From: Campylobacteraceae bacterium
GTDB taxonomy: Bacteria; Campylobacterota; Campylobacteria; Campylobacterales; Sulfurovaceae
Direction: 5' to 3'
Assembly (NCBI GenBank): GCA_026994745.1
Contig: JALWPZ010000155.1
Location: 1 to 59,231, forward strand
DNA length: 59,231 bases
The position numbers and the translations under genes are program-made. How positions within the stretch are numbered: position 1 is the stretch's first letter; the number at the start of each line of letters is the position of its first letter. The notes below the pieces were generated by a model. The model was not told where the DNA came from and searched no databases. It saw only the letters and a program-made list of their open reading frames with translations. This document shows positions 24,710-34,350 of this stretch, one piece after another.

Positions 24710-24827
24710 ACTTTTCCTTATCCCGACAGCGTAACAGAAATATAGAGGTATTTCATCCAAAACATATATTTATAATATTTTTTCCCAGTACAATTGAAAC
24801 CTAGATCAATTTGAAGGAGTAAGAAAG

Positions 24828-25025
24828 GTGAAGAGTCTCTTTTTAAGTGTACTGGTTGCCGGATTGTTCGTCGGTTGCGCGAGCACCGCGAGTGGAGTGG
24901 CGAAAGATGTCGCCAAACACGAAGTCAAGGAAGCGGGAAAGAGCAAGGTAGAGCGGAAGGTCGACAGAAAAGTCCGTCAGGAAAAACGCAAGGTCGAGGC
25001 CAAAGCGGTCAAAGCCGTCTTGTAA
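24828..25025 (+). CDS. Small basic lipoprotein
   Basis: Lipobox FVGC; GAAGGAG SD; GTG start. Confidence 0.7.
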   Translation: MKSLFLSVLVAGLFVGCASTASGVAKDVAKHEVKEAGKSKVERKVDRKVRQEKRKVEAKAVKAVL

Positions 25026-25040
25026 GCAGAGTCGACAGTG

Positions 25041-25316
25041 ATGAAAAATACCGCAGGAATGGCGATCCTCTTCGCTCTCTTGACACTGAGTGCCTGTGGG
25101 CAGCCGAAAGATGGAGCCAAAGGTCAGGAGACAGTCGCTCCGAAACAGAGCGTGACCGGTTCGGACCGGGATGCCCATGGCTGTATCGGCAGTGCCGGGT
25201 ACCGATGGTGCGGGCGCCTCGAAAAATGCGTTCGTCCCTGGGAACTGGCGAAAGAGAAGGGATTCGAGAAGAGCGAAAAAGCCTTCAAAGATTTCTGTGA
25301 AGCACAAGGAGAGTAA
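25041..25316 (+). CDS. Small lipoprotein with DAHGCIGSAGYRWC...CVRPWE cysteine motif
   Basis: Lipobox LSAC; four further Cys residues. Confidence 0.8.
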   Translation: MKNTAGMAILFALLTLSACGQPKDGAKGQETVAPKQSVTGSDRDAHGCIGSAGYRWCGRLEKCVRPWELAKEKGFEKSEKAFKDFCEAQGE

Positions 25317-26021
25317 ATGACATTGAAAACGAAAATGGCCGCCGAATTTTTCGGCACCTTCTGGCTGGTGTTGGGGGGCTGTGGTTCCGCGGTGCTGGCG
25401 GCGGGCTTCCCCGAACTGGGAATCGGCTTTGCCGGGGTGGCCCTGGCCTTCGGATTGACGGTTCTGACCATGGTCTATACCGTCGGATACATCTCGGGAG
25501 GGCACTTCAACCCCGCGGTTTCCTTCGGTCTATGGGCCGCCGGGAAATTCGAGCGCAAAGAGCTGCTGCCCTACATCGTGGCTCAGGTCGTGGGCGGGAT
25601 CCTGGGAGCCTGGGTGCTCTATCTGATCGCCACGGGCAAGGCGGGCTTCGAGGTCGGTGCCTTCGCCAGCAACGGCTATGGCGAGCTCTCTCCGGGCCAT
25701 TATGGCCTGGGGGCTGTGTTTCTGACCGAAGTGGTGATGACGATGATGTTCATCTTCATCATTCTGGGTTCCATCGACGAGCGGGCTCCGGCGGGCTTCG
25801 CCGGGATCTCCATCGGACTGGGCCTTACCCTGATCCACCTGATCTCCATCCCCGTCTCCAATACCTCCGTCAACCCGGCACGAAGCACCGCAGCGGCGCT
25901 CTTCGCCGATACGGCGGCCATGGGCCAGCTCTGGGTCTTCTGGGTGGCACCCATTCTCGGAGGAATCCTGGGTGGGATCATCTGGAAACTCTTTTTCGAC
26001 GCGAAACGGAACGCCAGCTAG
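25317..26021 (+). CDS. aqpZ: Aquaporin Z
   Basis: [37 protein letters not shown]. Confidence 0.97.
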   Translation: MTLKTKMAAEFFGTFWLVLGGCGSAVLAAGFPELGIGFAGVALAFGLTVLTMVYTVGYISGGHFNPAVSFGLWAAGKFERKELLPYIVAQVVGGILGAWVLYLIATGKAGFEVGAFASNGYGELSPGHYGLGAVFLTEVVMTMMFIFIILGSIDERAPAGFAGISIGLGLTLIHLISIPVSNTSVNPARSTAAALFADTAAMGQLWVFWVAPILGGILGGIIWKLFFDAKRNAS

Positions 26022-26066
26022 ATCCGAAATGTACGGATCCAACCCAATCTTAATCAAGGAGTAAAT

Positions 26067-27173
26067 ATGAACATAAAAAAACGAAGCGTCGCCATGGTGG
26101 CGGCATTGGCCCTGACCCTGGGCATCACGACAGCGGATGCCTGTACCGGTATCCGCCTCAAGGCCAAAGACGGCACGGTCGTCCACGCACGGACTCTGGA
26201 GTTCGCCGTGGATCTCAAATCCGACGTGGTGATCATCCCCCGGAACTATCAGCGCAGCGGTACCACCCCCGATGGCAAGAAGGGTATGCAGTGGAAGACC
26301 AAGTACGCCACCATCGGCGCCAACGGCGTGGAACTCCCCTATATCTTCGACGGACTGAACGAAAAAGGGCTGGCGGTCGGAACCTTCTATTTCCCCGGTA
26401 CTGCCAAGTATATGCCCTACAGCGATGAGGTCGCTTCCAAGACTATCGCTCCCTGGGAGTTCGGCTCCTGGCTCCTCGAAAATTTCGCCACGACCGACGA
26501 AATTCGCAAGAACATCGACAAAGTGGTCGTCCCCTCCGTCGTCCTCAAAGCCTGGGGATTCGCTCCCCCGGTCCATTACGTGGCCCATGACGCCAGCGGC
26601 AAAAGCATCGTCATCGAGTTCGTCAACGGCAAGCCCGTGATCTACGACAACCCTCTGGGGGCCATGGCCAACTCTCCCACCTTCGATTGGCACATGACCA
26701 ACCTGCGCAACTACATCAACGTCTCCCTCAAGCCGGTCAAAGAGCTCAAGGTCGGTGGTGTGGTTCTCAAGCCCTTCGGAATGGGTGCGGGTATGCACGG
26801 GGTCCCCGGCGACTTCACTCCTCCTTCCCGCTTCGTCCGCGCCGCGCTCTTCAGCCACGCGGTCTTCCAGCCCAAGACCGGTGACGACGCCGTTCTGGAA
26901 GCCTTCCACATCCTCAACAACTTCGACATCCCCCGCGGAACCGTCCGGGAAGAGAAGAAGGACGAGCATGGCAACGTGGAAGCGGACTACACCGTATGGA
27001 CCAGCGCCAACGACCTCAAGCGCAAGCGCTTCTACTTCCGCACCTACAACGATTCGCGGATCCGTATGGTCGACCTGACCAAGTTCGACCTGAATGCCAA
27101 GGAGATCGTCGTCATCCCCATGGACAGCAAGGAAGAGATCAAAGAGCTGACGATCAAAGACGCCAAAAAATAG
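26067..27173 (+). CDS. Secreted choloylglycine hydrolase / penicillin V acylase family Ntn hydrolase
   Basis: Signal peptide ending ADA, then nucleophile CTG; ARTLEF, DGLNEKGL, NSP, PGDFTPPSRFVR. Confidence 0.93.
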   Translation: MNIKKRSVAMVAALALTLGITTADACTGIRLKAKDGTVVHARTLEFAVDLKSDVVIIPRNYQRSGTTPDGKKGMQWKTKYATIGANGVELPYIFDGLNEKGLAVGTFYFPGTAKYMPYSDEVASKTIAPWEFGSWLLENFATTDEIRKNIDKVVVPSVVLKAWGFAPPVHYVAHDASGKSIVIEFVNGKPVIYDNPLGAMANSPTFDWHMTNLRNYINVSLKPVKELKVGGVVLKPFGMGAGMHGVPGDFTPPSRFVRAALFSHAVFQPKTGDDAVLEAFHILNNFDIPRGTVREEKKDEHGNVEADYTVWTSANDLKRKRFYFRTYNDSRIRMVDLTKFDLNAKEIVVIPMDSKEEIKELTIKDAKK

Positions 27174-27192
27174 GACACTTCGATTGTCGATC

Positions 27193-27213
27193 GTCGCGGG
27201 TCTCTCCCGCGAC
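27193..27213 (+). terminator. Stem-loop after the Ntn hydrolase gene
   Basis: GTCGCGGG-TCTCT-CCCGCGAC; no strong U-tract. Confidence 0.45.
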
Positions 27214-27361
27214 TCATCCCGTAGACAGAACCTTCCGAAAAATCTTCGATAGAATGAAATCGGACCCGAATATGAAAATTGCATCGTCCCTCAAAACCTG
27301 GCGGATGTGAAGTTTTTTCGGAACGCTCGATCCAAACAGACCATGACGAAAGTGAGAATGA

Positions 27362-29335
27362 ATGAAACGTAGAACCTTCCTCCAGGGAACCCTGGGAATT
27401 CTGGCCGGCAGTGCGCTCCTCAGCGCGGAGGAGAAAGCGAAAGGAGTCACCCTCCAGGAGGTGGCGATGGGGATGAAGGTCCTGCCGGAGGTGCAGATCT
27501 ATACCGCCGGGAAGATTCATACCATGGATCCCACCCGTCCCACTGCCGAAGCGATCGCCGTGCAGGGGGACCGGATCCTGGCGGTGGGCAAACTCAAGGA
27601 GCTGCAAAAGGCGCTCAAGGACCAGCCCTACCGCATCGACCGCCGCTTCGAGGACAAAGTGATCGTCCCGGGCTTCATCGCCCAGCACGTACATCCCTTC
27701 CTCGGGGCTCTCTCCATGGAGTCGACGATCATTTCCATCGAGGATTGGGCCCTGCCCAGCGGCTACGTCAAAAAGGCCGAGGGGCATGAGCAATACATCG
27801 CGCGGATCAAGGAAGCCCTGGCCAAACTGGACAAAGAGGATCCCGAAAAGAAAAAGCCCCTCTTCACCTGGGGATTCCACCAGACCTTTCATGGGGCCCT
27901 CAACCGCGGAGTTCTCGACCAGGTCGAAAAAAAGCGTCCCATTTTCGTCTGGCATCGCTCCTGCCACGAGTTCATCCTCAACAGTGGAGCCATGGAGCTG
28001 ACGGGGATCACCGAACAGTTCATCTCCGGTCTTCGCAAGGAGGCCCAGGCGATGTGCAGTTACAAAGACGGACACTTCTGGGAGCAGGGGCTCTTCGGGG
28101 TCCTGGGCAAATTGGCTCCCTACGTGGCGACTCCCGATCAATTCCGCCATGGATTGCGCACCTTCGCCGACTACATGCATATGCAGGGGATCACCGCGGC
28201 CTCGGAGCCGGGAGGAGTGCTCTCCAAACCCATGACCGAGATCATCAACGATGTTCTGGGAGACCCCAGCACACCCTTCCGTTTCTATTTCCTTCCCGAT
28301 GGAAAAAGTCTGGCGGAGCATCACATCAAGGGGGACCTGATCGGCGAGACCGAGAAGCTGCTGAGCTGGGGGAAGGGAAAATGCTCCTACCGGCCCAAGC
28401 AGGTCAAACTCTTCGCCGACGGAGCGATCTACTCCCAGCTGATGAAGCTGCGGGCCGGCTACACCGACGGCCACAAGGGCGAGTGGATGATGGAGCCCGA
28501 CCTCTACTCCGCGGCGTTCCGCAAGTACTGGGAGGCGGGCTACATGATCGTTACCCACGTTACGGGTGACGGCGGCCTGGATATGATGCTGGAGAACCTG
28601 GAGGTCAACATGCGCCGCACCCCCCGCTACGACCACCGGACCACGGCGGTGCATTTTGGCGTCGCCCAGCCCGACCAGATCGAGCGGATCAAGCGCCTGG
28701 GGGCCATCGTCAGTGCCAACCCCTACTACGTCACGGCCCTGGCCGACAACTACGCCCAGCACGGAATGACCCCCGAGCGGGTCAAGCGGATGGTCCCCCT
28801 GGGGGATGTTGCAAAGGCGGGGATCCACTTCTCCTTGCACTCCGATATGCCCATGGCCCCGGCGCAGCCCCTTTTCCTCATCGACTGTGCCGTCAATCGG
28901 ATCTCCACTTCGGGCAAGGTTTCGGCCCCCGAGCAGTGCGTCGATCGTATGTCGGCCCTGCGGGGGGTCACCTGGGAGGGGGCCTACTCCTGGCGTATGG
29001 AGGATCAGTTCGGAAGCATCGAACCGGGCAAACTGGCCAACCTGACGATCCTGGAGGAGGACCCTCTCACCGTCGATCAGCGAAAGATCAAGGATATCCA
29101 GGTCTGGGGCACGATCGTCGAAGGGGATGTCTTGCCGGTGAAGCGGGGAAAAGAGGAAAAAAGCGTCGCACGAAACACTGCTTTCCCGGGACAGCCATTG
29201 GCGACCACGGAGATGGAAAAGACCCTGAAGAGCATTCCTGGGGAACATACGGCTCACAACGGCTGCGTCTGCTCCCTGAACCGGAAATTCGCCACGGCGA
29301 TGATCGGAAACGGCTTCGATACGGTCAGGGACTAG
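27362..29335 (+). CDS. Tat-exported metal-dependent amidohydrolase (Amidohydro_3/YtcJ-like)
   Basis: KRRTFL twin-arginine signal; PGFIAQHVH, VKLFADGA, HVTGD, HSDMP, GSIEPGKLAN. Confidence 0.92.
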   Translation: MKRRTFLQGTLGILAGSALLSAEEKAKGVTLQEVAMGMKVLPEVQIYTAGKIHTMDPTRPTAEAIAVQGDRILAVGKLKELQKALKDQPYRIDRRFEDKVIVPGFIAQHVHPFLGALSMESTIISIEDWALPSGYVKKAEGHEQYIARIKEALAKLDKEDPEKKKPLFTWGFHQTFHGALNRGVLDQVEKKRPIFVWHRSCHEFILNSGAMELTGITEQFISGLRKEAQAMCSYKDGHFWEQGLFGVLGKLAPYVATPDQFRHGLRTFADYMHMQGITAASEPGGVLSKPMTEIINDVLGDPSTPFRFYFLPDGKSLAEHHIKGDLIGETEKLLSWGKGKCSYRPKQVKLFADGAIYSQLMKLRAGYTDGHKGEWMMEPDLYSAAFRKYWEAGYMIVTHVTGDGGLDMMLENLEVNMRRTPRYDHRTTAVHFGVAQPDQIERIKRLGAIVSANPYYVTALADNYAQHGMTPERVKRMVPLGDVAKAGIHFSLHSDMPMAPAQPLFLIDCAVNRISTSGKVSAPEQCVDRMSALRGVTWEGAYSWRMEDQFGSIEPGKLANLTILEEDPLTVDQRKIKDIQVWGTIVEGDVLPVKRGKEEKSVARNTAFPGQPLATTEMEKTLKSIPGEHTAHNGCVCSLNRKFATAMIGNGFDTVRD

Positions 29336-29339
29336 GTAT

Positions 29340-30227
29340 ATGCGAAAGATGTGGAAAAGGGGTGTGGCGGCGTTGCTCCTTGGCATGAATGCGGTTTCGG
29401 TCCAGGCCGGCGAAAAGAATATGGAAGAGCTGAGCAGGGAGTTGGCCAACCCCCTGGCGCAGATCTGGAACCTCTCCTTCCAGCACAACCATACCCGCAT
29501 CACCGGTGATCTGGTCAAAAGCAGCCACTACGTGAATACGACGCTCTTTCAGCCGGTGCTGCCCATCCCTCTGGAGGGTGGATACACCTTTTTCGCCCGC
29601 CCAGTGATCACTTATATCCACGGCCCAACCTCTGTGGACTATACTCCTTCGATTTCCGTCGGCAAGGAAGATAAATCGAGCTTCGGTGACACGATCCTGC
29701 CGGTAGGGATCGGAAAGGTCAACAAGGTCGGCTGGTCTTGGGGCGCAGGGGCGACTTTCATCTTTCCAACCTCCAACAACGATTTACTAGGTTCACACCA
29801 GTATCAGGCGGGGCCGACGGCCCTGCTGCTCTGGGCCAATGAGGATTGGACCGTCGGGACCCACATCCAGCACTGGTGGGGCATTGCCGACGATGGTAAA
29901 TCCGATGATAATCCCATTATCAAAGCCGCCCACAAGAAGAATCTCAACCACACCGACATGCAATATTTCATCGTCCGCAATCTCCTCAACGCCTGGCAGA
30001 TCCGAACCTCCCCGCACATCACCATCGACTGGAGCGCCGAAGGGGGGCAGCGACTGACCCTGCCCGTCGGTATCGGCGTGGGGAAAATGGTGAAACTGGG
30101 CAAGATGCCGGTCATGCTGATGATGGAGTATCAAAAGAGCGTCGTCAAGCCCGACCATGTAGGGAACGATCAGACTTTGATGTTCCAGGTGAACTTCATC
30201 ATCAAAAACCCCTTCGGATCGATGTGA
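29340..30227 (+). CDS. Putative outer-membrane beta-barrel channel protein
   Basis: Signal peptide; LANPLA, FQPVLP, GPT, PVGIGVGK motifs; amphipathic strands. Confidence 0.75.
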   Translation: MRKMWKRGVAALLLGMNAVSVQAGEKNMEELSRELANPLAQIWNLSFQHNHTRITGDLVKSSHYVNTTLFQPVLPIPLEGGYTFFARPVITYIHGPTSVDYTPSISVGKEDKSSFGDTILPVGIGKVNKVGWSWGAGATFIFPTSNNDLLGSHQYQAGPTALLLWANEDWTVGTHIQHWWGIADDGKSDDNPIIKAAHKKNLNHTDMQYFIVRNLLNAWQIRTSPHITIDWSAEGGQRLTLPVGIGVGKMVKLGKMPVMLMMEYQKSVVKPDHVGNDQTLMFQVNFIIKNPFGSM

Positions 30228-30325
30228 CTCTCTCCCCTTCATTGGATAGAGAATTTTTGACAGGTATCAAGACTCTTTTTCCCGGAGCGGGGTAGAATAG
30301 GAGAACCGTACCCGAAGGAGAATCC

Positions 30326-30805
30326 ATGGATACCAGCTTCGACATGTTCATCGAAACGGAAGTCCCCGAAAACGAACTGATCATCTCCCGCACGGACCTG
30401 AACGGGGTCATCACCTACGTCAATGAGACCTTCGCCCATATCTCGGGCTACGAGCCCGAAGAGCTCATCGGAAAACCCCACAGCATCATCCGACATCCCG
30501 ATATGCCCAAGTCCACCTTCGCCGACCTCTGGGAGACGATCCGGGCCGGCAAGACCTGGGAAGGCCATGTCAAGAACCTCCGCAAGGACAAGGGCTACTA
30601 CTGGGTCTACGCCCGGGTCTCCCAGGTGATCAAAGATGGCGAAGTCGTCGAGTACAAATCGCTCCGTGAACCGGTCCCCAGGGGAAAGCGGATCGAGATG
30701 CAGAATCTCTACGACCGTATGCGCGCCGAAGAGGAGGGGAGCAGCCGGGTGGTGCTCTACGTGCAGAACGAGAGTCTCGCAGAGTTGGGAAAATACGAGA
30801 TTTGA
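30326..30805 (+). CDS. Stand-alone Aer/CetB-like PAS domain protein
   Basis: ISRTDLNGVITYVN, IIRHPDMP, W.G.VKN.RKDKGYYWV. Confidence 0.9.
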   Translation: MDTSFDMFIETEVPENELIISRTDLNGVITYVNETFAHISGYEPEELIGKPHSIIRHPDMPKSTFADLWETIRAGKTWEGHVKNLRKDKGYYWVYARVSQVIKDGEVVEYKSLREPVPRGKRIEMQNLYDRMRAEEEGSSRVVLYVQNESLAELGKYEI

Positions 30806-30817
30806 ACCAGAGCTCTT

Positions 30818-31318
30818 TTAGGCAGAGCTTGCCGCATTGATATAGGTGCTCTTCAGAAAGAGCCGGTAGAAATTCTCTCCCCAGCTTTTTGCCCCCTCCA
30901 TACAGAGATTCAGATACTCCGGGTTGGCTAAGAGGGTGTGATCCTGCAATCCAACTCTTCCCCGATAGATCAGGAAACGTTCCGGAAAACTCCCCGCATC
31001 GATCGCTCTGTCAAAGGATAGTCGAGCATCTGGCACCTCCTCCAGCACATATCCCCGTTCCCGTCGGGCAAGCGTTGACAGAGTTTCTGATGCCAATACC
31101 AGACAGATAGCATTGATCGAATCGACGGGGGAGGGGATCACGTTCAATACGGCGATCCGCTTTCCTTCTCCTTTGCGCCAGGAGGGCGTCTGATTGAAGA
31201 TACGGCGATACCCCTGCACCCGGACCGGAATAGCGGCGATCAGACCGGGGAGAGCCCGGTATTCGTCGGGATGGATCAGGCTGCCGTAGGCCAGCAGCCC
31301 CCGGAGATCGGAAGCCAT
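30818..31318 (-). CDS. Gamma-glutamylcyclotransferase family protein
   Basis: AYGSLI, GYRRIFN, RRERGY. Confidence 0.8.
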   Translation of the reverse strand: MASDLRGLLAYGSLIHPDEYRALPGLIAAIPVRVQGYRRIFNQTPSWRKGEGKRIAVLNVIPSPVDSINAICLVLASETLSTLARRERGYVLEEVPDARLSFDRAIDAGSFPERFLIYRGRVGLQDHTLLANPEYLNLCMEGAKSWGENFYRLFLKSTYINAASSA

Positions 31319-32856
31319 CAGTAGTCTCTCGCTACCTTGTATTCCGGGTCGTCCTCCTCCCGGGTGATGTTGGCCTGGGCGCGGTCCAGGACCGCTTTGC
31401 AGTCGTCGCTGAGGTGGCGTAGGGTCAGTTTCTTGCCGGCCTTGGCGTACTTTTCGGTCAGCTTTTCGATCGCCTCGACGCCGGAGGAGTCCATGACCCG
31501 GGCGTTCTTGAAGTCGATGATGACCACCTTCGGATCATTCTCCACGTCGAAGACGTCATGGAAGGATTGGACCGAGCCGAAGAAGAGGGGGCCGGAGAGT
31601 TCGTAGAGTTTGGCGTGTTGTCCCAGCATCCGGGTGTGGGCGTAGATGCGGGCGTGCTTCCATGCGAAGACCAGGGCGGAGATGATCACGCCGATGATGA
31701 CGGCGATGGCCAGGTCGAAAAAGATCGTCACGACAGTGACGACGAGCATGACGAAGGCGTCGGCTTTGGGCATCTTTTTCAGGTGACCGAAGCTGCTCCA
31801 CTCGAAGGTCCCGATGCTCACCATGAACATGATCCCCACCAGGACACCCACGGGGATGATGTTGAGCAGGTCGGTCAGGGAGGCGACGAGGACCATCAGC
31901 CCGATGGCCGCCGTGGCGGAGGAGAGGCGCCCCAGGCCCCCGGAGGTGAAGTTGATGATCGACTGGCCGATCATGGCGCAGCCGGGCATGGCTCCGAAGA
32001 AACCACAGGTGACGTTGCCCACTCCCTGGGCGATGCACTCCCGGTTTCCGCTGCCCCGGGTGCCGCTCATCTCGTCCAGGACCGCCAGGGTTAGGAGGGA
32101 TTCGATGAGGCCGACCAGGGCGACGATGACGGCGTAGGGGGCGACCATCTGGATCGCCTCCCAGCTGAAGAGGGTCGGGGGGATGTGGAAGGAGGGGAGC
32201 TGGCCCTTGAATTCGCTGAGATTGGCCAGGTCGCCGATGAGAAGAGTATGGAGCCCCGTTAGGTAGACCAGCAGCGTCAGCAGGACGATGGCCACCAATC
32301 CGGCGGGAACCGCCTTGGTATAGCGGGGCAGAAGGACCATGATGAGCATCGTGACGGCGACGATCGCGTACATACTCCACCCCTGCCCCTCGAAGAACTT
32401 CAACTGGGCCAGGGCGATCACGATGGCCAGGCCGTTGACGAAACCGTAGATCGCCGGCAGGGGGACCAGGCGGATGAATTTCCCGAACTTCAGTACTCCG
32501 AAGAGGATCTGGACGATCCCGGCAAGAATCGCTGCCAGGAAAATATACTGAAGCACGCCGATGGCCAGAGCGTCGCCGCTGATTCCGGCTTTCTGCAGCA
32601 TCAGGCCCGCTTCGACAGCCAGGCCGACCAGCACGACGGCCACGGCGCCGGTGGCCCCGCTGATCATCCCCGGCTTTCCGCCAAGGATCGCGGTGACCAG
32701 TCCCAGGATAAAGGCGGTGTAGAGGCCGATGATGGGATTGATGCCGACGATGAAGCTGAAGGCGATCGCTTCGGGGACCAGGGCCACGGCGACGACCAGA
32801 CCCGAGAGGATGTCGTTCTTGAAATTGTCCCGATTGTAGTTTTTGAGGGTGAACAT
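31318..32856 (-). CDS. SulP-family anion transporter with STAS domain
   Basis: VALVPEAIAFS, GGKPGMISGATGA, GCAMIGQS, GPLFFGS, DSSG. Confidence 0.95.
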   Translation of the reverse strand: MFTLKNYNRDNFKNDILSGLVVAVALVPEAIAFSFIVGINPIIGLYTAFILGLVTAILGGKPGMISGATGAVAVVLVGLAVEAGLMLQKAGISGDALAIGVLQYIFLAAILAGIVQILFGVLKFGKFIRLVPLPAIYGFVNGLAIVIALAQLKFFEGQGWSMYAIVAVTMLIMVLLPRYTKAVPAGLVAIVLLTLLVYLTGLHTLLIGDLANLSEFKGQLPSFHIPPTLFSWEAIQMVAPYAVIVALVGLIESLLTLAVLDEMSGTRGSGNRECIAQGVGNVTCGFFGAMPGCAMIGQSIINFTSGGLGRLSSATAAIGLMVLVASLTDLLNIIPVGVLVGIMFMVSIGTFEWSSFGHLKKMPKADAFVMLVVTVVTIFFDLAIAVIIGVIISALVFAWKHARIYAHTRMLGQHAKLYELSGPLFFGSVQSFHDVFDVENDPKVVIIDFKNARVMDSSGVEAIEKLTEKYAKAGKKLTLRHLSDDCKAVLDRAQANITREEDDPEYKVARDY

Positions 32857-32998
32857 CGCGATCCTATATTTAATAATATTACCCGAAAGTCTCTTTCCGG
32901 AGAGACGGAATTCTACCCAAAAGAGTCTGGGGCTGGGTGACGGGCGTTTTCCCTGCGGTTTTTTCGACACTTTGCGCTACGGTTCGGCTATCTCTCTG

Positions 32999-33007
32999 TG
33001 TTATAAT
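32999..33007 (+). promoter_or_regulatory. Extended -10 promoter of gltA
   Basis: TGTTATAAT upstream of an AGGAGG SD and ATG 33039. Confidence 0.65.
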
Positions 33008-33038
33008 CGATCCAAAATCAAGAAGGAGGAGCAAGGCA

Positions 33039-34322
33039 ATGAGTGACAAGACGATGACCCTGATCGACAACCGCACTGGCGAGAAGTACGAATACCCGAT
33101 CCTGGAGGGCACCCGGGGGCCCGCGGCGGTGGATATGCGCAGCTTCTACAAAGACAGCGGCATGTTCAGCTACGATCCGGGGTTCACCTCGACGGCCAGC
33201 TGCAAATCGGAGATCACCTTCATCAACGGAGAGAAGGGGGAGCTTCGATATCGAGGACTGCCCATCGAAGAGCTGGCGACGGGTCATAGTTACCTGGAGG
33301 TCTGCCATCTCCTTCTGGAAGGGGAGCTTCCCACCGAGGAACAGCTCCAGAACCTGGACCTGGAGCTGCGGCACCGGGCCTTTCTCCCCGAGGGTCTCGT
33401 CCGCCTCTCCCAGACCATACCGGACGATGCCCATCCCATGTCGGTGATGAGTGCGGGGGTCACGGCACTTTCGGCATTCTACTACGAGCATCTGAAGTTG
33501 GAGACCCCGGAGGATTATCGGGAAATGGCCCACCGGATCATCGCCAAGATGCCCACGCTCGCCGCCTTCGCCTATCGCCACAGTATCGGAGCGACCTACA
33601 TCTATCCCGATATCGATCGAAGCTTTACCGAAAACTTCCTCTATATGCTCCGTGCCTACCCGGGGGGCAAGATGCATCGCGATCCCGATGGCCATCGGGA
33701 GATCAAACCCATCGAGGTCGAGGCTCTCGATACGATCTTCACCCTCCACGCCGATCACGAGCAGAACGCTTCGACGACGGTGGTCCGCAGCGTCGCCTCC
33801 ACGGGAGCCCATCCCTATGTGGCGATCTCTTCGGGAATCTCGGCGCTCTGGGGCCGGGCCCACGGAGGGGCCAACGAGTCGGTCATCGAACAGCTTCGGA
33901 TGATCGGGAGCGTGGAGAATGTGGACAAATACATCGCCCGGGCCAAGGATCCCAACGATCCCTTCCGCCTGATGGGTTTCGGCCACCGGGTCTACAAGAA
34001 TTTCGATCCCCGGGCACGGATCCTCAAGAAGCTTCAGGATCAGCTCCGGGACGAACTGAACCTGGATACGGAGCTGATGCGCATCGCTCAGCGCATCGAA
34101 GAGATCGCCCTGAGTGACGAATATTTTATCCAGAGAAAACTCTACCCCAACATCGATTTCTACTCGGGAATCATCCTCACCGCGCTGGGCCTGCCCCGTT
34201 CCATGTTCACCCCGATCTTCGTCATCGGCCGGACCGTGGGATGGATCGCCCAGTGGATCGAATTCAAGAAAGATAAAGAGAGCAAGATCGCGAGGCCGCG
34301 ACAACTCTACGTCGGGAAATAG
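33039..34322 (+). CDS. gltA: Citrate synthase
   Basis: LHADHEQNAST, HGGANE, MGFGHRVYKNFDPRA, YPNIDFYSG, IARPRQLY. Confidence 0.98.
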   Translation: MSDKTMTLIDNRTGEKYEYPILEGTRGPAAVDMRSFYKDSGMFSYDPGFTSTASCKSEITFINGEKGELRYRGLPIEELATGHSYLEVCHLLLEGELPTEEQLQNLDLELRHRAFLPEGLVRLSQTIPDDAHPMSVMSAGVTALSAFYYEHLKLETPEDYREMAHRIIAKMPTLAAFAYRHSIGATYIYPDIDRSFTENFLYMLRAYPGGKMHRDPDGHREIKPIEVEALDTIFTLHADHEQNASTTVVRSVASTGAHPYVAISSGISALWGRAHGGANESVIEQLRMIGSVENVDKYIARAKDPNDPFRLMGFGHRVYKNFDPRARILKKLQDQLRDELNLDTELMRIAQRIEEIALSDEYFIQRKLYPNIDFYSGIILTALGLPRSMFTPIFVIGRTVGWIAQWIEFKKDKESKIARPRQLYVGK

Positions 34323-34335
34323 TCTCCGACCATCT

Positions 34336-34350
34336 CCACCGCTTCGGTGG
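34336..34350 (+). terminator. Hairpin after gltA
   Basis: CCACCG-CTT-CGGTGG followed by a pyrimidine-rich tract. Confidence 0.4.
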
